From NCBI GenBank assembly GCA_041690595.1, contig JAWLHB010000008.1:124001-188000 (forward strand): a DNA stretch of 64,000 nt, in the 5' to 3' direction. Made by a program: the position numbers and the translations under genes. Positions 18,983 through 27,959 of this stretch are shown here, in pieces. Position 1 is the first letter of the stretch. Each line of letters begins with the position of its first letter. Under the pieces are notes generated by a model that was not told the DNA's origin, did no database searches, and saw only the letters and a list, made by a program, of their open reading frames with translations. Origin of the DNA: Lentisphaeria bacterium. Lineage in GTDB: Bacteria > Verrucomicrobiota > Lentisphaeria > JABSQK01 > JAWLHB01.

Positions 18983-20074
18983 TTAATGATAGGGATCGGC
19001 GGCATCGCGCATGCCGTCGCCCACAAAGTTGAAGGCCAGCACGGCCAGCACCACAAAGGCCGTGGGCATGATGATCCATGGATAGCGGGAAAGGATATCC
19101 AGGTCCATGCAATCCTGCAGCAATACCCCCCAGCTCACCAACGGCGGACGCAGCCCCAGCCCGAGGAAGCTGAGTGCCGTCTCGCCCAAGATCATGGCGG
19201 GAATGGCGAGCGAAAGGCTGACGATGATGTGACTGGTGAAGCCGGGCACCAGATGACGGAAAATAATGCGTCCATGACTGGCTCCCAACAACCGTGCCGC
19301 CACGGCGTAGTCTTCCTCGCGCAAGCTCAGGAGCTTGCTGCGCACGGTACGCGCCAGTCCCGTCCATCCGACGAAACTGAGCACCACAATGATGCCGAAA
19401 TAGATCCACAGGCTCGGCCAGTCGGCGGGCAGGATGGCACCCAGGGCGATCCACAGCGGCAGTTGCGGGATCGCCTGCAGGATCTCGATCAGCCGCTGCA
19501 CCAGCACGTCGATCAACCCGCCCGCGTAGCCGGAAACACCGCCAATGGCAATACCGAGGACAAAGGAGACCGCGATCGAGACAAGACCGATGGACAACGA
19601 GATCCGCGATCCATAGATGATACGGCTGAGCAGATCGCGACCGTACTTGTCGGCACCAAGCAGGAAGAACGTGCCATCGGCGCGATTCTCCACGCCAAAG
19701 AAGTGGCGCTTCATGGGGATCAGGCCCCACAACGTGTAGGCCGATCCCTTGGTGAAGAAGCCGAGCTGGACGGGTTTGTCGCGATCTTCCACGTACGTGG
19801 TAGTCAGGGTGATCGGATCCTGCACCATCTCCAACGGATACGTGTGCAGGCCGTTTGACAGATTGAAGCGGATCTTGTGCGGCGGCGCGTAGATCTGCTC
19901 GAGGTGCTTGTCCGTCGCTTTGTAGGGAGCGACAAACTCGGCAAAAATGGCGCCGGCGTACAAGACGATCAGAACAAAGACCGACATGACCGCCAGCTTG
20001 TGCCGCGAGAAGCGCAGCCGCACCAGTTGCCATTGCGTCATGCTGCCGTAGTCCTTGGTGGCTGAAGCGGCCAT
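18983..20074 (-). CDS. Opp/Dpp-family ABC permease (OppC-like)
   Basis: 'LLGADKYGRDLLSRIIYGSRISL', EAA loop 'YAVAARLLGAS', 'ETALSFLGLG', 'GDGMRDAADP'. Confidence 0.95.
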   Translation of the reverse strand: MAASATKDYGSMTQWQLVRLRFSRHKLAVMSVFVLIVLYAGAIFAEFVAPYKATDKHLEQIYAPPHKIRFNLSNGLHTYPLEMVQDPITLTTTYVEDRDKPVQLGFFTKGSAYTLWGLIPMKRHFFGVENRADGTFFLLGADKYGRDLLSRIIYGSRISLSIGLVSIAVSFVLGIAIGGVSGYAGGLIDVLVQRLIEILQAIPQLPLWIALGAILPADWPSLWIYFGIIVVLSFVGWTGLARTVRSKLLSLREEDYAVAARLLGASHGRIIFRHLVPGFTSHIIVSLSLAIPAMILGETALSFLGLGLRPPLVSWGVLLQDCMDLDILSRYPWIIMPTAFVVLAVLAFNFVGDGMRDAADPYH

Positions 20075-23000
20075 CAGCGGTTGCCTCCTGCCATGCGGAT
20101 GCGGGGATCGAGGGTGAGCAACAGCAGGTCGCTGACCAGGACGCCCAAGACGCTGAGGGTGCTGAGCACGAGCAGCAGCGAGCCCGCCATGTAGGTGTCC
20201 TCGAGCATCACGGCATCGAGCAGCAGCGGCCCGACAGTCGGCAGGCTGAGGATGACGGCGACGATGGCGCTGCCGGAGATGAGCATAGGGAAGAGCCCGC
20301 CGATACCGGCGATGAACGGGTTAAGCGCCAGGCGGAACGGGTACTTGAAGAGCAGTTTTATGGGCCGTACGCCTTTCGCTCTGGCAGTAGTCACGTATGG
20401 TTTTCTCAACTCGTCGAGCAGATTGGCGCGCATCACGCGGATCATGCCGGCCGTACCGCCGAATCCGACGATGACGATGGGCAGCCAGAGGTGCTTGAGC
20501 AGATCCCCCACCTTGCCCCACGTCCATATATCCTGCATGGCATACTGGCTGGAGAAGAGCCCCATGACCGTAACCCCGAACAGCTCCTTGGCGAGCAGCA
20601 TCAGCACCAGGGCCAGGATGAACTGCGGAATGCACATGCCGATGAATCCGCCCACCGTCAGCACGTAGTCGACGGCGGAATACTGGCGTACGGCGGAATA
20701 GACGCCGATAGGGATGGCCACCAGCCAGGTGAGTAGGATTGTACCGAAGGAGATCGCCATGGTGAGCAGCAGTCGGTCGCCCATCAGGTCGCTGACAAAC
20801 GCCCCGTCGTTGGCCATGGAGCGCCCGAGGTTGCCCTGCAGCAGGCCCCTGTGCTCTGCTTTGAACGAGGTGAACCAGAGCGCCCCTGTCCAGCGAAAGT
20901 AGTTTTTCACCGGCCCTTCATCCAGGTAATACATCGCCGTGAGTTGCTCCATCTGGGCTTGAGCCTGCTCCCGCTGGCCGCTGCGCTCGAGGTTGTCGAC
21001 CATGGTCTCCAGATAGCTGCCGGGCGGCAACTGCACTCCGACATAGACGATGATGGAAATGATGATCAGGGTCGGCACCATGATGACCAGCCGCCGCAGT
21101 ACAAACGGGTGGCGCAGGGTGATCAGCACCAGTCCAATCACCACACAGCCGAGGAGCGCCCATTTTAGCAAAGAACCGAGCGCGGAGCCGCTGGGCGTGC
21201 CGTTTGAAGAGACCTGCATGGCCAGTTCCTGCGGCTTTGGGGTGGCATGGCGAAGCTCGGCCAGGATCGACTCGTTGCGTTCCGCCAGGTAAGCCGCTGA
21301 TGCTCGCTTGACGCCGTTGATGGTGGCCGGATCTTCCCAGTACCAGGCCTCCGGGCAGCTGTTGTTCGGGGTGTTGAGCATGAAACTGCTGAGCAGCTGC
21401 TCGGGCACGCCGCGCAGACCGTGCTTGACCAGGGCGAGCGTCGGGCCTTGGGTACTGACGTTGATCGCCCAAACCTGGTCTTGGGCAATGTCCATGACCT
21501 TGCGCGCCAGCCGCGTACGTTCTTCCATATCGAAGGTATTGAAGGCGTCCTGACCCGCGCGCATGGCTTCCAGTTCGATAGCGCTGGGTTGGTTGACTTC
21601 CGGTTCCTGGCTCTCTTCACTGCCGTACATGCCGCCCTTGTAGTACCATGTCCAGTAGGGCGCGCCGGCCCCGAGAGCATTCCAACCCAAGGCGCCGGCA
21701 CTACCATCACCCGCGCGTTGCAGATCGGCGTATTCCTGGGCTGCCAGGTAGAGTCGGTGCGGTTTCTCCTGCAGGATGACGCGCAAGCCGATCTCCTGCC
21801 AGTTCTCGATCAGAAATTGCAGGGGCGCTACTTCGCCGGGCCGGGCAATCATGAAAAGCGTCAGCCGCGACCCATCGGGTAGCGTCCTCATGCCATCGCT
21901 GTCGCGCGTCGTCAGGCCGAGCTTGTCGAGCAACTGGTTCGCGCGCCTGGGATTGTAGTCGGCATTGGCCCGCAACGCGGCGGGCTCGAACCAAGGCACA
22001 CCTTCGGTGGGCATCAAGGCTCCCGGGCGACCGATTCCCTTGAATTCCGCGTCGATGATGACCTGCCGATTGATGGCCAGAGACAGTGCGCGGCGGAACT
22101 CCTTGTTGCGCAGCAGCTCACGTTTCTGCGTCTCAACAGAATCGCCGGGTTTCACCGGCAATTGCCGGTTCGGAAAGACGGTCAGCCGTCCACGGCCGTC
22201 GGTCACCCAGTGCCGCACGTCATACGCGCCTGCCTGCTGTTGCGAGATGACGCTGCCATAGTCGGCTTGTTGGCCGAGGGCGAAGGAGCAGAGGCCATCG
22301 GTTAGTGCCTTGGGCTGGAGCTGCTGGCTGACCTGCTGAAAAATCAGGCGGTCGATGTACGGAAGTTGGTTGCCTTGCTCGTCGACGGCAAAGTAGTAGG
22401 GGTTGCGCACCGCGGTCCACGGGCCATTGCTCTTATGGGTGCGAAAGAGCCAGGGGCCCAGCTTTGGGCGTGCCGGATTGAGCGGATGGTTCTTTTCGGC
22501 AAAGAGCTGCTTCGGGCTGATCACCAATTCCCGACAGAGCCGCTCGACCAGTTCCGCGTCGCCTTCGTCCGGGTGGAACTGCTGCATGTAGTGTTTCGGC
22601 CCTGCCATATAAAGCGCCCCGGCCGCATCGGCCTGCTTCTTCAACCAGCCGGGATTCGACTCCGGAAAAACGAAGCGCACCGTATAATCATCGACCTTCT
22701 CCAGATCGCCGAGAATACCGTTTACTTTCATGGTCTCGTCCTGGTAGCCGATCTCGGTATTGAGCTTGTAAGAGTGCCACCACCAGTACAGGTCGTCAGC
22801 GGTGAAGGGTACGCCGTCCGACCACTTTACCCCGCGCCGCAGGTGCACTGTCCAGACCTTGTAGTTGTCCGACGGCACGACTTCCCGCGCCAGGTGTGGG
22901 CGTACGGGTTCGCCGTAGGGCGAAAAGCGCACCAGTTGGTTGTTCTTCAGCTCGTACTGCATGGCCAGGCGTACCCCGTCGATGTCGTTGACCATGCGCC

Positions 23001-23391
23001 ACCAGTCGCCGCCATAGGTGCCGACCCCGGCAAAGCCTCGATACACCGCTGGTTCCGGGCCGACACGCTCGGCTACCGGCGGCAGCTCGCCCGCTTTCAC
23101 CAATTCAGCCAGTAACGGGCTCTCCCCCTTGGGCCACCACGGAGCAGCTTCGCTCTGCGAGTAGTCGACTTCCACCCAGAATTCAGGCCCGGCAGTCATG
23201 TCGACGACCGGATTGCGTAGCTTGTCGTAGGCCGCTCGCTCCGCTGGGTCGATGGCTTGTTGCCGGCCCACTGGCGTCACCCCGCGGCGCAGACCGCTAC
23301 CGCACAATGCCAAGACGATCAGCAGCACCGTGACAGTGGCCAGCGTGCTCCAGCCATATTTGAACCATCGACTCTTAAGGAACGTGTGCAT
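20074..23391 (-). CDS. Fused ABC substrate-binding protein (SBP family 5, OppA-like) and permease (OppB-like)
   Basis: N-terminal TM anchor. SBP5 motifs 'GELPPVAERV', 'LRRGVKWSDGVPFTADD', 'RNPYYFAVDEQGNQLPYID', 'FRRALSLAINR'. C-terminal 'LRRLVIMVPTL', 'GNLGRS', 'YVTTARAKGV', 'SDLLLLTLDPRI'. One uninterrupted 1105-codon frame. Confidence 0.92.
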   Translation of the reverse strand: MHTFLKSRWFKYGWSTLATVTVLLIVLALCGSGLRRGVTPVGRQQAIDPAERAAYDKLRNPVVDMTAGPEFWVEVDYSQSEAAPWWPKGESPLLAELVKAGELPPVAERVGPEPAVYRGFAGVGTYGGDWWRMVNDIDGVRLAMQYELKNNQLVRFSPYGEPVRPHLAREVVPSDNYKVWTVHLRRGVKWSDGVPFTADDLYWWWHSYKLNTEIGYQDETMKVNGILGDLEKVDDYTVRFVFPESNPGWLKKQADAAGALYMAGPKHYMQQFHPDEGDAELVERLCRELVISPKQLFAEKNHPLNPARPKLGPWLFRTHKSNGPWTAVRNPYYFAVDEQGNQLPYIDRLIFQQVSQQLQPKALTDGLCSFALGQQADYGSVISQQQAGAYDVRHWVTDGRGRLTVFPNRQLPVKPGDSVETQKRELLRNKEFRRALSLAINRQVIIDAEFKGIGRPGALMPTEGVPWFEPAALRANADYNPRRANQLLDKLGLTTRDSDGMRTLPDGSRLTLFMIARPGEVAPLQFLIENWQEIGLRVILQEKPHRLYLAAQEYADLQRAGDGSAGALGWNALGAGAPYWTWYYKGGMYGSEESQEPEVNQPSAIELEAMRAGQDAFNTFDMEERTRLARKVMDIAQDQVWAINVSTQGPTLALVKHGLRGVPEQLLSSFMLNTPNNSCPEAWYWEDPATINGVKRASAAYLAERNESILAELRHATPKPQELAMQVSSNGTPSGSALGSLLKWALLGCVVIGLVLITLRHPFVLRRLVIMVPTLIIISIIVYVGVQLPPGSYLETMVDNLERSGQREQAQAQMEQLTAMYYLDEGPVKNYFRWTGALWFTSFKAEHRGLLQGNLGRSMANDGAFVSDLMGDRLLLTMAISFGTILLTWLVAIPIGVYSAVRQYSAVDYVLTVGGFIGMCIPQFILALVLMLLAKELFGVTVMGLFSSQYAMQDIWTWGKVGDLLKHLWLPIVIVGFGGTAGMIRVMRANLLDELRKPYVTTARAKGVRPIKLLFKYPFRLALNPFIAGIGGLFPMLISGSAIVAVILSLPTVGPLLLDAVMLEDTYMAGSLLLVLSTLSVLGVLVSDLLLLTLDPRIRMAGGNR

Positions 23392-23416
23392 TGTTTTAGG
23401 CGGGTCTTCGGTTTGG

Positions 23417-24451
23417 CTAGTTATGACTCGCGACCTTCAGCTCCGGCTCGATGGCCAGGGTGACGCGCGGCTCTTCCGGGTGCGCGATACGGTGCAGCAA
23501 CTGCTCCACGGCACGCTGGCCGATATTGGACGCGTGGATATCTACCGTCGCCGGCTGCGGCTGCAGGCCGTTGAGCAGAATTTCTTCGTTGTTACAGGAG
23601 ACGATGTCGACATCTTTGCCTGGGCGGATGCCCCGCTCGATCAACAGCGGATACAGGCACTGCGTCAGCGCATCGGCGTGCACAAAGATGCCGGTGGGAC
23701 GAGGGTCAAGCTGCAGCCAGCGGTCGATGATGCGGTTCATCGCCTGGCGGTCGACGCGCTGCACTGTACGGCACTCGTCAAACAGGTCACCCTCCCAGAG
23801 CGAGTGGGCATAGCAGCCTTGCCGTTGCGCAGTTGCCAGGAACGCCCAGCCGCGCGGTACGGCGGCCTCGGTCGGTTCGCTGGTGCCGATGAAGAGCACA
23901 CGGCGATGTTGTCGCTCGATCAGATAATCCGCCGCCAATTCGCCGACGCGTCGGTCGTTATAGGTGACATGATCCCACGAGCACCGCGGATCGATGTTCC
24001 AGCCCATCACCTGTACGCAAGGGACATTGTCCAGCATCTCCTCAGCTCGCCTACCCTGAGCGCCGAAGAAAATCACCCCGTCCACGCCTCCACTGAGTGG
24101 AGCTTCCGCCCCACGGCCCAACGGCGGAACATGCCGCAAGACCATGGTTTTATCCGCCTTGGCAACGGCCTGCTCCACCCCATGTACGACCGCCATGTAA
24201 ACCGGAGTGTTCAGCCGCGCGTGCGGCATCTGCCAAGCCAGCAACGCCAATCGGTTGGAGCACCGGGTTCCCTTGGGTGAATCGGCGCGCTTGCGCGGTC
24301 GGCCTGGCCTGCCTGGCTTGTAGTTCTGACGCTCCAGCTCGCACCTGACCATGGCCGCTGTCTCCTCCGAAACACCTTTCTCGCCATTCAGAACGAGAGA
24401 GACGGTTGACGGTGCGACACCCGCGGCTTTAGCCACATCTCGAATACTCAT
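23417..24451 (-). CDS. LacI-family transcriptional regulator 1
   Basis: HTH 'SIRDVAKAAGVAPSTVSLVLNG' plus a sugar-binding domain. ATG 24451 follows CAGGAG. Confidence 0.93.
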   Translation of the reverse strand: MSIRDVAKAAGVAPSTVSLVLNGEKGVSEETAAMVRCELERQNYKPGRPGRPRKRADSPKGTRCSNRLALLAWQMPHARLNTPVYMAVVHGVEQAVAKADKTMVLRHVPPLGRGAEAPLSGGVDGVIFFGAQGRRAEEMLDNVPCVQVMGWNIDPRCSWDHVTYNDRRVGELAADYLIERQHRRVLFIGTSEPTEAAVPRGWAFLATAQRQGCYAHSLWEGDLFDECRTVQRVDRQAMNRIIDRWLQLDPRPTGIFVHADALTQCLYPLLIERGIRPGKDVDIVSCNNEEILLNGLQPQPATVDIHASNIGQRAVEQLLHRIAHPEEPRVTLAIEPELKVASHN

Positions 24452-24471
24452 TATCAGCTCCTGTTGGCCAT

Positions 24472-24499
24472 ACCCTAATCCATCGAGGCATATGGTCAA
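24472..24499 (-). promoter_or_regulatory. Possible sigma70 promoter for LacI-1 and the ABC operon (TTGACC-N16-TAGGGT)
   Basis: Read on the minus strand 20 nt upstream of the LacI-1 start. Weak -10 element. Confidence 0.35.
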
Positions 24500-24709
24500 G
24501 ACGATTTTATAAATTTGTCTGACATTGAATTGCTGCCTTTCCGTGCGCGCTGAAACGCATGCCGACCTGTCTTGCTGAAATAGCCGATCGGGCAGGCGGC
24601 GCGGGGGCAGAGCGACCCTGCCCTCCCGAAACGTCCAGCATTGATCAGCATTCAACCTCCAAGCGCTCCTCGCCATTCACCGATGCACGCGACCTGATGA
24701 TCAAGACCA

Positions 24710-24769
24710 GAATTTCAATAAATAAAACAATAAATATACTATTGAAATTCGATTTTAAGATAGTAAACT
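24710..24769 (+). promoter_or_regulatory. AT-rich promoter/operator of LacI-2: inverted repeat GAATTTCAATA-N19-TATTGAAATTC overlapping TTGAAA-N16-TAAACT
   Basis: Perfect 11-bp arms at 24710-24720 and 24740-24750; -35 at 24742-24747; -10 at 24764-24769. Confidence 0.55.
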
Positions 24770-24802
24770 GTAATAAGTTGAATCGAAAAAGGGAGTCAGC
24801 GA

Positions 24803-25864
24803 ATGGGGACAGTTACCTTAAAAGACGTGGCCGAATCAGCGGGTGTGTCGGTATCTACAGTATCTTTGGCATTGCGCGACGATTCCCGGATTGCCGCGGA
24901 GACACGAGCGGTGGTTTCGCGAACCGCGGAACGGCTGTCGTATTCTCCCCGCAGCCGCGGCCGTCCGACACGCGGTGTGGATGAACCACAGGCCACTCGC
25001 CGGTCTAACCGGATTGCGCTGCTGGTGCCGGGAATGCCGCGCGCCCTCATCAATGCGCCGGTATACATGGATATGTTACACGGGGTCGAGGCAGCAGTGG
25101 CGGAACAAGGCAAGACTCTGGTGTTGCGGCACCTGTTACCAGACGCGCCAATTCCCGTTTCCCTTTTCCCACAGAAGGTCGACGGCGTCGTCCTCTTTGG
25201 CCTATTTGCGGATGACGAGGATCTGCGAGACCAGCTCATGCGCATGCCCTGTGTGCAAACCATGGGTATACCTTTGCACGAGGCCGCGTGGGATCACGTC
25301 ACCTATGATAACAGTATCATCGGTGAGCTGGCAGCCAGTTACCTGCTCGAACGCGGGCACCGCACAATGGCCATGCTGGCGCCTGAAGCAAGTACCTCAG
25401 GCAGGCCAAGGCTTGACGTCACCGAGGGACGCCACGCTGGTTTTCGCCGGGTCCTGGAGTCCGCCGGCTGTACTCTGCACCTGCTATGGGACCAACCCTT
25501 GCTGAGGTTGACGCCAACCCATCAGGAGGTCGTACGAGAGACTTTGGATCGTATCATCGAACAATTGCTCAGCCTGAAGCCGCGTCCTACGGGCATCTTC
25601 TGCTCTTGCGATCAGCTCACCGCCGCCCTGCATCCGTTGCTGTTGGCGCGAGGCGTCGTGCCTGGACGCGACCTCGACATTGTTTCCTGCAACAACGAGG
25701 TCATTCTGCTGCAGAACCTGCACCCACGGCCGGCCACCGTGGACATTCATGCGCACGCCGTCGGCAAGCGCACCGTCGAACAATTGCTGTGGCGAATCGA
25801 ACAACCGAACGCGCCACGTTCCGTGATCACGCTCGAACCAACTCTCGTAACATGTAGTGAGTAG
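24803..25864 (+). CDS. LacI-family transcriptional regulator 2
   Basis: HTH '[22 protein letters not shown]'; C-terminus '[23 protein letters not shown]'. GGGAG RBS. Confidence 0.93.
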   Translation: MGTVTLKDVAESAGVSVSTVSLALRDDSRIAAETRAVVSRTAERLSYSPRSRGRPTRGVDEPQATRRSNRIALLVPGMPRALINAPVYMDMLHGVEAAVAEQGKTLVLRHLLPDAPIPVSLFPQKVDGVVLFGLFADDEDLRDQLMRMPCVQTMGIPLHEAAWDHVTYDNSIIGELAASYLLERGHRTMAMLAPEASTSGRPRLDVTEGRHAGFRRVLESAGCTLHLLWDQPLLRLTPTHQEVVRETLDRIIEQLLSLKPRPTGIFCSCDQLTAALHPLLLARGVVPGRDLDIVSCNNEVILLQNLHPRPATVDIHAHAVGKRTVEQLLWRIEQPNAPRSVITLEPTLVTCSE

Positions 25865-25896
25865 CGACAACCGACAATCGGCAATCGGAGCCCATC

Positions 25897-26790
25897 ATGA
25901 AGACCCAATACTCTATCCATACAGTTTCACATCGCCACTCCACGTGCCAAGGGTGGTTCACCTTCCTGAAGTCACGAGTGCCGGCAGCGTTTACGCTGAT
26001 CGAACTACTGGTCGTCGTGGCGATTATAGCCATTCTGGCTTCTTTTCTTCTGCCCGCACTTGCGCAGGCTCGCGGTAAAGCGAGGCAGATCTCCTGCATG
26101 AACAACCTGAAACAACTTGGCCTGGCCATGACCATGTATACGGACGTTAGCGACGATTGGTACCCAGCTGCGGCGATCGGCCACATGACCGGGGGATGGA
26201 ACAAAGCCTGGACGTGGGACGATGCTCTGGGCGGGTATGATGGTCGAGGCGCCCGCAATCCGAGCACCGACCAGTCGCGCTACTGGGGTACCGAGCCTGG
26301 ATACGACCCCGCGCCCATGTACCGCTGCCCTGAGGAGAAAACCATCGGATGGTCCAATTGTTCGCGCCGCTCCTACGCGATGAACGCTGGTGGACGCGAT
26401 TCCGCGAAGGTAGGCACGAACGACTACTTTCGCGGCATTGGCGGCATTGAGGACTCCAGCGCCGGGCTGTTCACCCAGAAGTCGGGCTCCGTACCGGATT
26501 CTTCAGACACCTTTCTGCTGGTCGAGGTGCGCAGTGACAATGGCACGTATGCCGCGCAGAACACCATGAGCGGTGGGCAGAACGGCAACTACAGCGCTGC
26601 CCATAACCCCTATGGACAGCAGAACGGTTCCTGGTACGACCTTCCCTGGCACAGCATGCAATGGAACTACCTCTTCTGCGACGGACACGCTCGCGTGATG
26701 AGGCCCGGGGATACGGTGGGTAGCGGAACGTTCGGGCAAGGCGGCGAACCGAGCGCCAAGGGCCACTGGACCACCGCCATGGGCGACTGA
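25897..26790 (+). CDS. Prepilin-type N-terminal cleavage/methylation domain protein with H-X9-DG motif (DUF1559/SBP_bac_10-like)
   Basis: '[46 protein letters not shown]', 'MYRCP', '[14 protein letters not shown]'. Confidence 0.93.
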   Translation: MKTQYSIHTVSHRHSTCQGWFTFLKSRVPAAFTLIELLVVVAIIAILASFLLPALAQARGKARQISCMNNLKQLGLAMTMYTDVSDDWYPAAAIGHMTGGWNKAWTWDDALGGYDGRGARNPSTDQSRYWGTEPGYDPAPMYRCPEEKTIGWSNCSRRSYAMNAGGRDSAKVGTNDYFRGIGGIEDSSAGLFTQKSGSVPDSSDTFLLVEVRSDNGTYAAQNTMSGGQNGNYSAAHNPYGQQNGSWYDLPWHSMQWNYLFCDGHARVMRPGDTVGSGTFGQGGEPSAKGHWTTAMGD

Positions 26791-26851
26791 GCCCACCACC
26801 AGAACCGCCACCCCGAGCCGAAAACCGCACCTGCAAGCGAGAATTCCCGGC

Positions 26852-27889
26852 ATGACTCATCACGAGCGCTTCTTTGCCACCCTGGCGCGTCAACCGGTCG
26901 ATCGCCCCGCCTGCTGGTTGGGCATGCCGACCACCGACGCGATGCCCGCCCTGTTGGCACACTTCGGCGTTGTGGATATGGAAGGGCTGAAACGTAAACT
27001 GGACGACGACGTCTGGCCGGTGGAGGTCCCGTATCACCATCCGCCGGCCAATCATATCGCCTGCGCCTTTGACTTCGCCAAGGACATTGGCGATTACGAG
27101 CACCGTACGCTCACCAGCCCCGGCTGGTTCGAAGACATGATCGATCCCGCCGCGGTGGAGGCGTTCCCCTGGCCGGATCCGCGCCTGCACATGGATCCCG
27201 CCGAATGCCGGGATGCAGTCATGGCTGCGCCCAGCGACTTCGTACGGCTGGGCGTGATGTGGTCGGCCAACTTTCAGGATGCCTGTGCGGCCTTCGGCAT
27301 GGAGAATGCTTTGATGACCATGATGACCGAGCCGGAGATGTTCCAGGCGGTCTATGATCGCATCACCCGCTTCTATCTCCAGGCCAACGCTATCTTCTAC
27401 GAAGCCACGCGCAGAGACTTGCAGACCGTGCTCCTCGGCAATGATTTTGGCAGCCAGACTTGCCTGATGCTCTCGCCTGAACGCATCCGTTCACTGGTGA
27501 TGCCCGGCATTCAGCAACTCATCGAGCAGGCTCACAGCTATGATCTGAAGGTGATCTACCATTCATGCGGCGCCGTCGCGGACATCATTCCCGACCTGAT
27601 CGCAGCCGGTGCAGACGTCATCCACCCGATCCAGGCCAAGGCCACCGGCATGCAACCGGATCGTCTGAAGCGGGACTTCGGCGAGCGCGTCGCATTCTGC
27701 GGCGCTGTGGACGCGCAGGAGCTGCTGGTAAACGGGCGGCCCGAAGAGGTCGCCGCGGTCGTTCGTCATCTGAGGGAGATCTTCCCGACAGGGCTCGTCA
27801 TTTCGCCCAGTCACGAAGCTATCTTGCCGGATATCCCGCCAGCGAACATCGACGCGCTGTTTCGAGCCGCGTCCAAGAACAATCGATAA
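26852..27889 (+). CDS. Uroporphyrinogen decarboxylase / MtaA-CmuA superfamily protein (URO-D-1)
   Basis: 'MTHHERFFATLARQPVDRP', 'FPWPDP', 'GNDFGSQTCLMLSPE', 'YHSCGAV', 'HPIQ', 'FCGAVDAQ', 'IPPANI'. Confidence 0.9.
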   Translation: MTHHERFFATLARQPVDRPACWLGMPTTDAMPALLAHFGVVDMEGLKRKLDDDVWPVEVPYHHPPANHIACAFDFAKDIGDYEHRTLTSPGWFEDMIDPAAVEAFPWPDPRLHMDPAECRDAVMAAPSDFVRLGVMWSANFQDACAAFGMENALMTMMTEPEMFQAVYDRITRFYLQANAIFYEATRRDLQTVLLGNDFGSQTCLMLSPERIRSLVMPGIQQLIEQAHSYDLKVIYHSCGAVADIIPDLIAAGADVIHPIQAKATGMQPDRLKRDFGERVAFCGAVDAQELLVNGRPEEVAAVVRHLREIFPTGLVISPSHEAILPDIPPANIDALFRAASKNNR

Positions 27890-27959
27890 AAATAGTAACT
27901 GACGAGGCTAATGCCACATGACTGACCGCAAACCGCACCATGGCGAGAGATCTGAGCAC

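Noticed and set aside
26852..27889. Calling the URO-D paralogues hemE
   Set aside because: They lack the HemE N-terminal W.MRQAGR signature, carry HSCG instead, and have no heme-pathway context.
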